This document shows, in pieces, positions 19,556 to 29,595 of a DNA stretch of 60,217 bases (positions are counted from its first letter, which is position 1; the number at the start of each line of letters is the position of its first letter). The notes beneath the pieces were generated by a model. That model worked only from the letters and a program-made list of their open reading frames with translations, did no database searches and was not told the DNA's origin. Origin of the DNA: an uncultured Bacteroidota bacterium (GTDB taxonomy: Bacteria > Bacteroidota > Bacteroidia > Chitinophagales > Chitinophagaceae); contig CAIOYQ010000054.1 of NCBI GenBank assembly GCA_903862505.1, positions 1 through 60,217 of the forward strand. Reading direction: 5' to 3'. The position numbers were made by a program, and so were the translations under genes.

Positions 19556-20917
19556 TTGTTACCACAAAGTTTATTAACGTCATTAACTTCATTGCCTGGT
19601 TATCATCAGGAAAGTTTTATACGCGTACATGAATTGGGGGATCAAATTACCAGTGTTCGATTGAACTCTGCCAAAACATTTGACTTTGCTGCGCATTCTT
19701 TTTTAAACAATACAACTACGATCCCCTGGTGTTCAAATGGTTTTTATTTAAAGGAAAGGCCTTTGTTCGTGACCGATCCTTTATGGCATGCCGGCGCGTA
19801 CTATGTGCAAGAAGCGAGCAGTATGTTTATTCAACATATCATTTCAGAAATATTTCCAGCTCCGAAAAATAAAATAGTACTTGATTTATGTGCGGCACCA
19901 GGAGGCAAGAGTACCTTACTTGCCCATTATTTTAATGAAGGGTTAGTCGTGTCTAATGAAACCATCAAATCACGCAATGCAATATTGGTGGAGAATATAA
20001 CAAAATGGGGTAGCGACAGGGTGGTGGTTACACAAAATGATCCTTCGCATTTTAAAGCATTGCCTAATTTTTTTGATCTACTGGTGGTGGACGCTCCATG
20101 CAGCGGTAGTGGGCTTTTCAGAAAAGATCCGGATGCGATCAATGAATGGAGTGAGGAGAGTGTATTACACTGTAGTACGAGGCAAGAGCGAATTGTAGAG
20201 GATAGTATAGATACCTTAAAAGAAGGAGGGTATTTAATTTATTCAACTTGTTCTTATTCATTTGAAGAGAATGAAAAAATAATGGATTTTATAAGTGCAA
20301 TACCAGGAATGAAAAATGTAGAACTATCCATTCCTCAAAATTGGAATATAGTTTTGACTGAAAGTCCAAATGCAAATGCGAAAGGATTTAGGTTTTATCC
20401 GGATAAAATAAAAGGAGAAGGTTTCTTTGTTTGTGTTTTTCAAAAACTAAACAATCCGAGTACTACTTTTTATCAATCCACATTCAATTGGAATAGCATT
20501 ACAAAAAATGAACGCGCTGTTTTAGCGTACCATTTGGAGTTGCCTTTGGAATATGAATACATCAATCATCAAAATACGATTATTGCCGTACCGTTGGATA
20601 TGGTAATGCCAATTAAAACATTGTTGTCGCATTTATATGTAAAAAAAATGGGACTGGCCTTGGGCGAATTAAAGGGGAAAGATTTGATTCCTGACCATGC
20701 GCTAGCCATGAGTCATTGGATACATAAGCCTTTTGGAAAAATAGAAGTTGACCTCGAAACCGCCCTCCAATACCTAAGGCGAGCCGATATTGCGCTAGAA
20801 GGCACAAGGGGCTGGGCAGGGGTTTATTATCATCAAATTTTGCTGGGTTGGGCAAAGTTATTACCAAATAGAACTAATAATTATTATCCTACACCATGGC
20901 GTATATTGAAATACTGA
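19556..20917 (+). CDS. rRNA cytosine-C5 methyltransferase, RsmF/NOL1/NOP2 family
   Basis: YVQEASS, LDLCAAPGGKS, VDAPCSGSG, YSTCS..ENE; TTG start. Confidence 0.9.
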   Translation: MLPQSLLTSLTSLPGYHQESFIRVHELGDQITSVRLNSAKTFDFAAHSFLNNTTTIPWCSNGFYLKERPLFVTDPLWHAGAYYVQEASSMFIQHIISEIFPAPKNKIVLDLCAAPGGKSTLLAHYFNEGLVVSNETIKSRNAILVENITKWGSDRVVVTQNDPSHFKALPNFFDLLVVDAPCSGSGLFRKDPDAINEWSEESVLHCSTRQERIVEDSIDTLKEGGYLIYSTCSYSFEENEKIMDFISAIPGMKNVELSIPQNWNIVLTESPNANAKGFRFYPDKIKGEGFFVCVFQKLNNPSTTFYQSTFNWNSITKNERAVLAYHLELPLEYEYINHQNTIIAVPLDMVMPIKTLLSHLYVKKMGLALGELKGKDLIPDHALAMSHWIHKPFGKIEVDLETALQYLRRADIALEGTRGWAGVYYHQILLGWAKLLPNRTNNYYPTPWRILKY

Positions 20918-20995
20918 TGAATACACATTATAAATTAATTTAATTAGAATTAATTTCGCTTTTTATTCACATTTCAATTCGGTATCTTTGCATCC

Positions 20996-21649
20996 ATGTT
21001 TAGCAAATATTTACTCATATTCGTCGTGTGCCTTGGTCTATTGAATAGTTCAAATAGTAGTGCTGCTGTGAATTATGCAACCTACCAAACCGTGACTAAG
21101 TCTAAGAAAGCAAAGGCAAAGACCGCCGTTTCTGCTAAAAAAAGCAAAAAGAGTAAATCAAAACGTGGATCAAAGTCAAAAAAGAGTAAATCCACTACTA
21201 GAATTGTAAAAGATTCAGCTCAGTTAAAACAAGAGCTTGATAGTAAAACAGCTTCTCTTCAAATGATTTCTGATAATCAAATTAAAACAAGAGTTGCAGA
21301 TAGTATTCGCAAAACTTCATTGCTGAATGATAATAATAACAAAGAAGGGTATTATGCTACTATGTTTTCTAGTCAATCTAAATCTACTACCATTCAAACA
21401 CTTGAAGGAACTGCATCTGTTTTTAAAAGTTTAAGTGGCTGGGATGATGGCAAGTTTTACATCCTTACCAATCAAATGCCAATTGGTACGATTGTAAGAA
21501 TCACAACGCCTGAGTTAAAAAGTATTTGTGCAAAAGTAATCAATAGTTTACCCGACGTGGGTGGTGCCATTCAATACCGCTTAAGCGATGCAGCAGCAAC
21601 GATCTTAGGAATTTCAAATAAGATCTTTAAGGTTTCAGTTACCTACTAA
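20996..21649 (+). CDS. Secreted protein with Lys/Ser-rich linker and C-terminal RlpA-like double-psi beta-barrel domain
   Basis: Signal peptide; KSKKAKAK..KKSKKSKSK; C-terminal PIGTIVRIT..AKVI..LSDAAATILG pattern. Confidence 0.6.
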   Translation: MFSKYLLIFVVCLGLLNSSNSSAAVNYATYQTVTKSKKAKAKTAVSAKKSKKSKSKRGSKSKKSKSTTRIVKDSAQLKQELDSKTASLQMISDNQIKTRVADSIRKTSLLNDNNNKEGYYATMFSSQSKSTTIQTLEGTASVFKSLSGWDDGKFYILTNQMPIGTIVRITTPELKSICAKVINSLPDVGGAIQYRLSDAAATILGISNKIFKVSVTY

Positions 21650-21658
21650 AATTTATTT

Positions 21659-22366
21659 ATGAAAAACGTTTTTTTTGCTAGCCTGTTTACATTGGCTATC
21701 TCTTTGGTGAGTTGTGCGCAAGGAAATAAAGAAACCAAGCTACTAAGTACTTTGCCAGCAAACGAGTTTCAAATTGCAATTCAAAAACAAAATGTTCAGG
21801 TATTAGATGTTCGCACTGCAACAGAATTTTCACGCGGCCATATTAAAAATGCCTTGCAAGCCAACTGGAATGATTTAAAAGAATTTGAAAGTAGAACGCA
21901 GGATTTAGATAAAAAAACAACGGTGTATGTGTATTGCCAAGTAGGCGGCAGAAGTGCTGCAGCACAGTCTTATTTAATAGAGAAAGGCTTTAAGGTAGTG
22001 AACTTAGAAGGTGGCTTAAGTAATTGGAAAATGAATAATTTGCCGGTAGAAGGCAATGCCAATGTGCAACAAATGATGGTCTCGGATTATGATAAAGTGC
22101 TTGCCTCAAATAATTTAGTATTAGTGGATATAGGAGCAAGTTGGTGTCCCCCTTGTAGAAAGATGCAACCTACGCTTGATCAGATTAAAAAAACGCAGGG
22201 GGCTAAATTGTATTTCTTAGCTGTTGACGGAGGGGTAGATATGGACGTGATGAAACACGTAAATTTTGAAACCTTGCCTACCTATATCATTTATAAAAAT
22301 GGAAAAGAAGTTTGGAGAAAATCGGGCATCGTAGAGGAGGCTGAATTCACTAAGGCATTACAATAA
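21659..22366 (+). CDS. Lipoprotein, rhodanese-thioredoxin fusion
   Basis: Lipobox LVS-C; LDVRT..EF..GHI, YCQVGGRS, LEGG..W; then WCPPC thioredoxin motif. Confidence 0.88.
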   Translation: MKNVFFASLFTLAISLVSCAQGNKETKLLSTLPANEFQIAIQKQNVQVLDVRTATEFSRGHIKNALQANWNDLKEFESRTQDLDKKTTVYVYCQVGGRSAAAQSYLIEKGFKVVNLEGGLSNWKMNNLPVEGNANVQQMMVSDYDKVLASNNLVLVDIGASWCPPCRKMQPTLDQIKKTQGAKLYFLAVDGGVDMDVMKHVNFETLPTYIIYKNGKEVWRKSGIVEEAEFTKALQ

Positions 22367-22458
22367 AAATGGCTTCACTATTTAGTCGAAAGCAAAGCGC
22401 GCTTGTAATTTAGGCAAGTAACTATATTTGTATTTTAATAAAATGAATCCTTCGCGTA

Positions 22459-23394
22459 TTATGAAGGCTTTCGATATCCTCTTAAGAAATCGGCAATGGG
22501 CATTCTCTTTTTTCCTTCCCATTGAATATCATTAATATTCAAATACCCGTTCTTACAAGCAAATTTGGCAAATGTATTTCCGTCTGTTACAAATGTACCC
22601 GGTAATTCATTTGGTGTTTCATGTACAATATTTGTGCTGTATAATTTTACGATTTTTCCATCTACTTTTGTGATGGCACCAGGAAAAGGGGCCAATCCTC
22701 TAATATGATTATGAATTTTTTCAACGGATAGTTCCCAATTAATCTCGCAGTCTTTAGTAAAAATTTTAGGGGCATGTTTTATTTCAACACCACTATCCGT
22801 TTCGCTTTGAGGAACAGAGGAGATGCTGTTATTGATCATCCCATTTAAGGTTTTTACCAATAAATGAGCGCCTACTTCCATCATAGTATCATGTAATTCA
22901 CCAGCGGTCATATTTTCGGAAATGGCAATGCGATCTTGTAATAATATATCTCCCGTATCAATGGCATGTTGTAATTGGAAGGTAGTGACACCGGTTTCTT
23001 TTTCTCCGTTCATAATGGCCCAATTAATAGGAGCAGCACCTCGGTATTGTGGAAGCAATGAGCCATGCACATTTAAAGTACCCATGGGAGGGAATGACCA
23101 TATTTTTTCGGGCAGCATTCTAAACGCAACCACCACTTGTAGGTCGGGTTTCCATGCACTTAAAGCTTCAAAAAATTCAGGAGATTTTAATTTTTCTGGC
23201 TGTAATAAAGGTAGATTATGGGTAATTGCAAATTGCTTTACCGCACTTTGTTGCAGCTGCATGCCTCTGCCACCGGGCTTATCAGGGGCAGTGACTACGC
23301 CAACCACATTCATTTTTGCTGCTAATAATGCGCTCAACGATGCGACTGCAAAGGCAGGGGTACCCATAAAAACAATGCTTGGTTTATTGTCCAT
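22459..23394 (-). CDS. fmt: Methionyl-tRNA formyltransferase
   Basis: FMGTPAFA, PDKPGGRG, NVHGSLLPQYRGAAPI, DTGD, APKI. Confidence 0.97.
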   Translation of the reverse strand: MDNKPSIVFMGTPAFAVASLSALLAAKMNVVGVVTAPDKPGGRGMQLQQSAVKQFAITHNLPLLQPEKLKSPEFFEALSAWKPDLQVVVAFRMLPEKIWSFPPMGTLNVHGSLLPQYRGAAPINWAIMNGEKETGVTTFQLQHAIDTGDILLQDRIAISENMTAGELHDTMMEVGAHLLVKTLNGMINNSISSVPQSETDSGVEIKHAPKIFTKDCEINWELSVEKIHNHIRGLAPFPGAITKVDGKIVKLYSTNIVHETPNELPGTFVTDGNTFAKFACKNGYLNINDIQWEGKKRMPIADFLRGYRKPS

Positions 23395-23472
23395 GGGGCA
23401 AAGTTAGTTTATCTGCCATAATTATGTACTTTTGCCCTTTGCACCCTAGGTGCTTTATTTAAAAAATACAAT

Positions 23473-23928
23473 ATGCAACAAGTAAAAAATGGGGATACCA
23501 TTCAAGTGCATTATCACGGTACTTTAACTAGTGGTGAGACATTTGACTCCTCAAATGGAAGAGCTCCTCTAGAATTTGAAGTAGGAAGCGGAATGGTAAT
23601 TCCAGGTTTTGATAATGGCGTTTTAGGAATGACAGTGGGTGAAAAGAAAACCGTTCACATTCCATTTATGGAAGCGTATGGTCCTAAACAACCAGAAATG
23701 ATCGTGGAGTTCCCTAAAACACAGTTTCCTGCTGATTTAAATCCAACCATCGGAATGGCGTTGACGATGAATAATGGTCAAGGGCAACAATTTCAAGTAA
23801 TTGTGGTTGAAGTGAAAGAAGAAGTAGTGGTATTAGATGCAAATCATGCATTAGCAGGTCAAGATTTAACTTTTGATTTAGAATTGGTAAACATCAATAC
23901 GCCCTCTAAAATTATAACTGAGTTCTAG
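23473..23928 (+). CDS. FKBP-type peptidyl-prolyl isomerase (SlyD/SlpA-like, no His-rich tail)
   Basis: VHYHGTL..FDSS..PLEF..G..IPGF, AYG, LDANHALAG..LTF. Confidence 0.93.
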   Translation: MQQVKNGDTIQVHYHGTLTSGETFDSSNGRAPLEFEVGSGMVIPGFDNGVLGMTVGEKKTVHIPFMEAYGPKQPEMIVEFPKTQFPADLNPTIGMALTMNNGQGQQFQVIVVEVKEEVVVLDANHALAGQDLTFDLELVNINTPSKIITEF

Positions 23929-23977
23929 TCCAATAGTTTTTAATTATGGCTATTTCTAAGAGGATAGCTTAATTGGT

Positions 23978-24011
23978 AAAAGGCGTTTCAAATTTTGAAA
24001 CGCCTTTTTTT
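23978..24011 (+). terminator. Intrinsic terminator after the PPIase gene
   Basis: AAAAGGCGTTTCAA/TTGAAACGCCTTTT followed by further Ts. Confidence 0.9.
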
Positions 24012-24061
24012 ATTCGCAAAATTCAAATTATCTTCAAGCATCTTTCAAAAAATAGTTAAGT

Positions 24062-25327
24062 ATGGCATTGCAAACATTAGAAGTAGCAGATAGGTTTATG
24101 CGTTATGTGCAAATTGATACGCAAAGTGACCCCAACAGCACCAATTTTCCTTCCACTGATAAACAAAAAAATCTTTCCGAATTGCTAGTCAAAGAATTAC
24201 TTTCTTTTGGCATAGAAGATGCGCAATTGGATGCGCATGGATATGTAATGGCAACCATTCCAGCAAATATCCCAGAAACCATCATGCAGCTTAATACGAA
24301 GCCATTGCCCGTGATTTGTTTTTGTGCCCATGTGGATACGGCCCCGGATTGCAGTGGTACCAATGTGAAACCCATTTTACACCAAAACTATGATGGCCAG
24401 GATATTGTATTGCCAGATGATGCATCACAAATTATTTCCAGTAAAGACTATCCTTATTTAAAATCATTTATTGGAGAGGCCATTATTACTGCATCGGGTA
24501 AAACCTTATTAGGGGGAGATGATAAAGCGGGGGTAACCATTATCATGGAAATGGCAAAGTATTTAATGGAAAACAAAAGCATTGCACATGGCCCTGTTAA
24601 AATATTATTTACCCCAGACGAAGAAGTGGGAAGAGGGACCGAGCACTTGGACTTAAAAAAATTAGGCGCTGATTATGGTTATACATTGGATGGTGGAGCG
24701 TTAGGAAGTTTTGAAATGGAAACATTTAGTGCCGATTATTTGGTGTTGCATATTGAAGGGGTAATTGCACATCCAGGTGCAGCAAAAGGAGTGATGCAAA
24801 ATGCCATTAAAGTGGCTGGTGAAATAATGGCGGCATTGCCAAAACATGAATGGTGTCCAGAATATACCGAGGATCGTATGGGTTTTATTCATCCTAATCA
24901 TATAGAGGGTGGTACGGAGAAAGCAAGAATTGAATTTTTAGTAAGGGACTTTGATACCCCAAAGCTTAAGGAGCATGCCAATAGATTATTGGAAATTGCC
25001 CAAGGGGTAATTTATTCCAATCCAGATTTTTCCAAAGTAAAACTGAGGATGGAAATAACAGAACAGTATCGAAATATGCGGGAAGTAATTGATCAGCACC
25101 CTTTGATTGTGGAAAGAGCAATAAAAGCGTATGAAAAAGCGAATATAAAGCCCATCATTACACCTATTAGAGGGGGCACGGATGGAAGCAGGATGAGTTT
25201 TATGGGCTTACCCACTCCTAACATATTTACAGGGATGCAAGCCATTCATAGTAAGCATGAGTGGATAGGTGTTAGAGATATGCTAAAGGCGGTAGAAGTA
25301 TTGGTAAATTTGGTAGAAATAAATTAA
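24062..25327 (+). CDS. pepT: Peptidase T (M20 tripeptidase)
   Basis: RFMRYVQIDTQS, AHVDT, LGGDDKAG, FTPDEEVG, HPG, IRGGTDG, HSKHEW. Confidence 0.95.
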   Translation: MALQTLEVADRFMRYVQIDTQSDPNSTNFPSTDKQKNLSELLVKELLSFGIEDAQLDAHGYVMATIPANIPETIMQLNTKPLPVICFCAHVDTAPDCSGTNVKPILHQNYDGQDIVLPDDASQIISSKDYPYLKSFIGEAIITASGKTLLGGDDKAGVTIIMEMAKYLMENKSIAHGPVKILFTPDEEVGRGTEHLDLKKLGADYGYTLDGGALGSFEMETFSADYLVLHIEGVIAHPGAAKGVMQNAIKVAGEIMAALPKHEWCPEYTEDRMGFIHPNHIEGGTEKARIEFLVRDFDTPKLKEHANRLLEIAQGVIYSNPDFSKVKLRMEITEQYRNMREVIDQHPLIVERAIKAYEKANIKPIITPIRGGTDGSRMSFMGLPTPNIFTGMQAIHSKHEWIGVRDMLKAVEVLVNLVEIN

Positions 25328-25350
25328 CTTTAAAAAATAAATTACCTCCT

Positions 25351-26001
25351 ATGTTGTTTTTATTAGATGTAGCTCAGAATAAAATTTCTTTATTAAGTTT
25401 ATTGCAGAAAGGTGGATGGATTATGTATCCGCTTTATGCTTTATTAGTGGTTGCGATTTATGTGTTCATTGAACGCATGTTGGCCATAAAAAAAGCAGGT
25501 GCGATTGATCCTAAATTCATGTTGGTTATAAAGGATAATTTATTGTCAGGTAATGTGACAGCTGCAAAAAGTTATGCTAAGAATACCGACAATCCAGTTG
25601 CTAAGATGATTGAAAAAGGAATATTGAGAATGGGTAAGCCATTGGATACCATTGAGAAGAGCATGGAGAATGTTGGAAAATTAGAAATGTATGCAATGGA
25701 GCGTAATTTGAATATTTTATCGCTCATTGCAGGAATTGCTCCTATGTTTGGTTTCTTAGGAACCATTATAGGAATGGTGCAGTTGTTTTATGGTATTGCT
25801 TCAACAGGGGAGTATACTTTAAACACCATTGCGGGCGGTATTTATACCAAAATGATAACATCTGCAACAGGTTTAATTATTGGATTAATTGCCTATGTGG
25901 GGCATAATTATCTTACTACTCAAATAGATAAGACAGCGAATAAAATGGAAACGGCAAGTGCCGATTTCTTAGATATTTTACAAGAAACAACGCATTCGTA
26001 A
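25351..26001 (+). CDS. exbB: MotA/TolQ/ExbB proton channel protein
   Basis: GGWIMYPL, APMFGFLGTIIGM, GGIYTKMITSATGL. Confidence 0.88.
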   Translation: MLFLLDVAQNKISLLSLLQKGGWIMYPLYALLVVAIYVFIERMLAIKKAGAIDPKFMLVIKDNLLSGNVTAAKSYAKNTDNPVAKMIEKGILRMGKPLDTIEKSMENVGKLEMYAMERNLNILSLIAGIAPMFGFLGTIIGMVQLFYGIASTGEYTLNTIAGGIYTKMITSATGLIIGLIAYVGHNYLTTQIDKTANKMETASADFLDILQETTHS

Positions 26002-26010
26002 ACAAGTACT

Positions 26011-26409
26011 ATGAATTTAAGAAATCGCTTAAGGCATCAGCCCGAAGTACATACGGGGGCATTGAATGATATTTTATTCATTTTGCTATTATTTTTTCTA
26101 ATCGTATCCACTTTGGCCAATCCAAATGTGATTAAGGTATCTAATCCAAAATCGGAAAGTGATACCAAGGCAAAGCAAACCGTGGTGGTTACTATTGACA
26201 AAGACCAGCATTTATTTATTGGTTCAACACCAGTCGCAATAGATTCCTTATCCGGTCAATTAAAAACATTTTTAGATAAGGAAACTGATAAACCTTCTGT
26301 TGTAATTAATGGAGATAGCGTTGCTAATTTGGGCGTAACGATACAAGTAATGCAAATTATAAAAAAATTAGGCGCAACACCGGTAGTTGCGGTGGATCCT
26401 AATCCTTAG
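26011..26409 (+). CDS. exbD: ExbD/TolR biopolymer transport protein
   Basis: LNDILFILLLFFLI TM helix with conserved Asp; follows exbB. Confidence 0.88.
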   Translation: MNLRNRLRHQPEVHTGALNDILFILLLFFLIVSTLANPNVIKVSNPKSESDTKAKQTVVVTIDKDQHLFIGSTPVAIDSLSGQLKTFLDKETDKPSVVINGDSVANLGVTIQVMQIIKKLGATPVVAVDPNP

Positions 26410-26421
26410 TTCAATCTTTTT

Positions 26422-27279
26422 TTATACAGCTCGTTTAAGGCTAGCCCTTAACATTCTGTCTTTCCCAAACATATCCTGGCGTAATTCTGCATGATAGCCC
26501 ATTTCGTCAAATAAGGCGAGTAAGGCTTTGCCTTGATCATAATGCATTTCAAAAAATAATTGACCATTGGGTTTTAAATATTGTTTTCCCAATCTTGCAA
26601 TGGTCCTATAAAAAATTAGTGGGTCTTCGTCTTTTACAAAAAGTGCAATACCAGGCTCAAAGTTTTTTACTTGCACCTTCATATTTGTATTTTCTTTAAA
26701 TGGGATATAAGGCGGGTTACTTACCATTATATCAAATTGATTGGGTAGATAAGTTGTGTTTAAAATATCCTCCTGCATCCAACTAATAGCTGCATTCAAA
26801 TGAGTTGCATTTTGTTTTGCTATTTGCAAAGCGGATTCACTAATATCCAATCCTGCCACCATACAATTTGGCAGTGCTAATTTAATAGCAATGGGAATAC
26901 AACCAGATCCTGTTCCAATATCTAATACTTGTAATGGCTTGTCAATAATAGAGGCGTATTCAATAATCCAATCGACCAATTCTTCTGTTTCGGGTCTTGG
27001 TATTAATACATTTTCATTTACAATATATTCATGTCCCATAAACCATGCCTTGCCAATTATATATTGAATAGGCATTCCTTCCTGAAGGGAGGTAAGCGCC
27101 TTATGGAATTGATCTATTTTAACTTGTGGTAATTTTTGCTCCTTATTTAATACTTGTTTTAGTTGATCCCAGCCGGTGATGTGTTCAAATAAAATAGACA
27201 TTAAACTATTCAATTCAATGTTTTCGTATTCGCTAGCAAGTGTTGCTTTGCATTTCTGTTTAAGTTCCTGTAAACTCAT
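26422..27279 (-). CDS. prmC: Release factor glutamine methyltransferase
   Basis: PIQYI, VLIPRPETEEL, LDIGTGSGCI, SNPPY, DMFGKDR. Confidence 0.96.
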   Translation of the reverse strand: MSLQELKQKCKATLASEYENIELNSLMSILFEHITGWDQLKQVLNKEQKLPQVKIDQFHKALTSLQEGMPIQYIIGKAWFMGHEYIVNENVLIPRPETEELVDWIIEYASIIDKPLQVLDIGTGSGCIPIAIKLALPNCMVAGLDISESALQIAKQNATHLNAAISWMQEDILNTTYLPNQFDIMVSNPPYIPFKENTNMKVQVKNFEPGIALFVKDEDPLIFYRTIARLGKQYLKPNGQLFFEMHYDQGKALLALFDEMGYHAELRQDMFGKDRMLRASLKRAV

Positions 27280-27340
27280 AGTGCAATGTTACAAATGAAT
27301 GCCCATTATGCGTTAGCTTTGACCAGTTATTATTTAGTGA

Positions 27341-27952
27341 ATGGATCCCTTTTTTTACAATACTATTGAACAGCCAGCAGTCGCAGAATTTAAAGACCGC
27401 GGAAGTAAGTTTTTAGCGTATAGCTTCCCTGTGTTAAGTATTGAAGCGTGTAAAAAGCAATTAGCAAATTTAAAAAAAGAACATCCTAAAGCGGTGCATC
27501 ATTGTTTGGCTTACCGAATAGGAGTGGATGGTGCTACATTTAGGGTAAGTGATGACGGAGAGCCTTCCGGCTCCGCAGGACGACCCATTTTAGGTCAAAT
27601 AGACAGCAAACAATTAACCAATATTATGGTAGTGGTGGTGCGCTATTTTGGCGGCACTTTATTAGGAGTACCTGGTTTAATTAATGCGTATAAAACTACC
27701 ACTTCCTTAGCATTACAATTATCACCCATTATTCAAAAAGCGGTAGAAGTTAATTATGTGCTAAATTTTGATTATCAACAAATGAATGAGGTAATGATGA
27801 TTGTAAAACAATATAACTGTTCGGTGGTGGAGCAAGTAGCACAACTATTTGTGGAGTTAAAAATTGGAATTCCAAAACATAGGCTAGAAGAAGTCATTCA
27901 TAAAATACAAGATCTACAAGGTGTAAGCTATAAGACCGCTTTGCTTGTTTAG
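27341..27952 (+). CDS. YigZ/IMPACT family protein
   Basis: SKF, HHCLAY, SDDGEPSGSAG, VVRYFGGTLLG..GLI.AY. Confidence 0.93.
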   Translation: MDPFFYNTIEQPAVAEFKDRGSKFLAYSFPVLSIEACKKQLANLKKEHPKAVHHCLAYRIGVDGATFRVSDDGEPSGSAGRPILGQIDSKQLTNIMVVVVRYFGGTLLGVPGLINAYKTTTSLALQLSPIIQKAVEVNYVLNFDYQQMNEVMMIVKQYNCSVVEQVAQLFVELKIGIPKHRLEEVIHKIQDLQGVSYKTALLV

Positions 27953-28794
27953 TATTTATAAAAACCTTCTCCGGATTTCACACCTAATTTACCAAGCTGC
28001 ACCATTTCAATTAATAATGGACAAGGTGCGTATTTTTCGTTCTTAAATCCATCATGCATAATATCTAAAATATTTTTACAAACGTCTAGTCCAATATAGT
28101 CTGCTAATTGCAATGGTCCCATTGGGTGGGCCATGCCTAATTTCATTATTTGATCAATGGTAGTCGCATCACTAATACCTTCAGAGAATGCATAAATGGC
28201 TTCGTTAATCATGGGCATTAAAATTCGGTTGGCAATAAATCCGGGCGCATCTTTTACAACACAAGGAATTTTATCAATGGCAGTAGTTAATGCTACAATA
28301 CTGCGCGTAGTATCTTCTGAGGTAGCTATCCCATTAATTATTTCCACCAGTTTCATGACAGGAACCGGGTTCATAAAGTGCATGCCAATAACTTTTTCTG
28401 GACGGTTGGTAACGGCTGCCAGTTGAGCAATGGGGATGGAGGAAGTATTCGTTGCTAATATGCAAGTAGGGTTTGCTTTTTCGTCCATCAGGCGGAAGAT
28501 ATTTTTTTTAATTTCACTATTTTCTGTAGCGGCTTCCACGGCTAAATCCACATCCACTATTCCTAATTCAATGGAGGTAAAAGCAGTTATATTTTGAAGC
28601 GTGTTGGCTTTGTCCTCGCTATTAATGGTGCCTTTGTTAATTTGTCGGTCTAAATTTTTTTCGATAGTCGCCATTGCTTTATCAAGTGCTGCTTTTTGAG
28701 TATCAATAATATGTACTTCAAAACCTTTTTGTGCAAAAACATGGGCAATCCCATTCCCCATCGTACCCGCTCCAATCACTGCTATCTTTTTCAT
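27949..28794 (-). CDS. 3-hydroxybutyryl-CoA (3-hydroxyacyl-CoA) dehydrogenase
   Basis: GAGTMG, EAATE, TNTSS, GMHFMNPV, PGFIANR, HPMGPL..D. Confidence 0.93.
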   Translation of the reverse strand: MKKIAVIGAGTMGNGIAHVFAQKGFEVHIIDTQKAALDKAMATIEKNLDRQINKGTINSEDKANTLQNITAFTSIELGIVDVDLAVEAATENSEIKKNIFRLMDEKANPTCILATNTSSIPIAQLAAVTNRPEKVIGMHFMNPVPVMKLVEIINGIATSEDTTRSIVALTTAIDKIPCVVKDAPGFIANRILMPMINEAIYAFSEGISDATTIDQIMKLGMAHPMGPLQLADYIGLDVCKNILDIMHDGFKNEKYAPCPLLIEMVQLGKLGVKSGEGFYKY

Positions 28795-28829
28795 GTATAT
28801 TTTTTGAAAAGTTGGTGAAAACTCGAAAA

Positions 28830-29492
28830 TTACTTCTTTGATTTATAGTCTCCTCTTTTCCAGGAGTTAATAAAACTTTTCCAAGCTACCGGATTTAGAA
28901 TATTCATTGGTGGTAATTGGCCAGAGTAATAATATTTTGAAGCCTGATTGCTTATGGAAGCACCAACAGCTTCTTTCCCATCCCTAGGTAAAGAAGCAAG
29001 AATTATTTTTTTCTGAGATTCGCTTGTATTCTTTCTAGCAGTCTCGTATAAATCATCATCCACTCTGGTGTTCACAAAATCTCTATCAAATTGCGCGCGT
29101 GTGGGTCTGGGTTTTAAAATGGTAACGGGTAAGTAATTGGTATCATTTACCATAAGCTGTACCACACTATATTGGTTACCTACTAAATTATCAGGAATTA
29201 AAATGGTTCTATCTTTAAATCCTACACAAGTGAAAGTTATTTTCTCCCCCTTATTTACGGCAATGGAAAATACACCATCATAGTTGGTGACGGTTCCGCG
29301 CCCTTTATTATTCACTACCACACTAGCAAATGGGATGGCCTTTAAACTATCGGCGGTCATAATAACGCCAAATAGCTGAACCACCGAATCTCTATAAATA
29401 TTGGGCGAATTGACATCCGCTTGTTGTGCCATCGCTGGCTGAGCGAGGATCCCTAAAATTCCAATTGTCAATATAATAAGCGTCTTTTTCAT
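28830..29492 (-). CDS. Secreted protein with carboxypeptidase-regulatory-like domain
   Basis: Signal peptide; G..D..IPFASV..GTVTNYDGVFSI..F..VGF pattern. Confidence 0.75.
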   Translation of the reverse strand: MKKTLIILTIGILGILAQPAMAQQADVNSPNIYRDSVVQLFGVIMTADSLKAIPFASVVVNNKGRGTVTNYDGVFSIAVNKGEKITFTCVGFKDRTILIPDNLVGNQYSVVQLMVNDTNYLPVTILKPRPTRAQFDRDFVNTRVDDDLYETARKNTSESQKKIILASLPRDGKEAVGASISNQASKYYYSGQLPPMNILNPVAWKSFINSWKRGDYKSKK

Positions 29493-29595
29493 AGCAGGGC
29501 AAAATTAAGCTAGAACCTTGAATTTTTTGCTAAAATAAGGGTTGCATCAATTAACTTTGCCCGAGTTTTCAACTTTTTAACAAAAACTTCCAAAA

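Noticed and set aside
25351-26409. exbB-exbD without an adjacent tonB
   Set aside because: Dispersed tonB genes are ordinary in Bacteroidota
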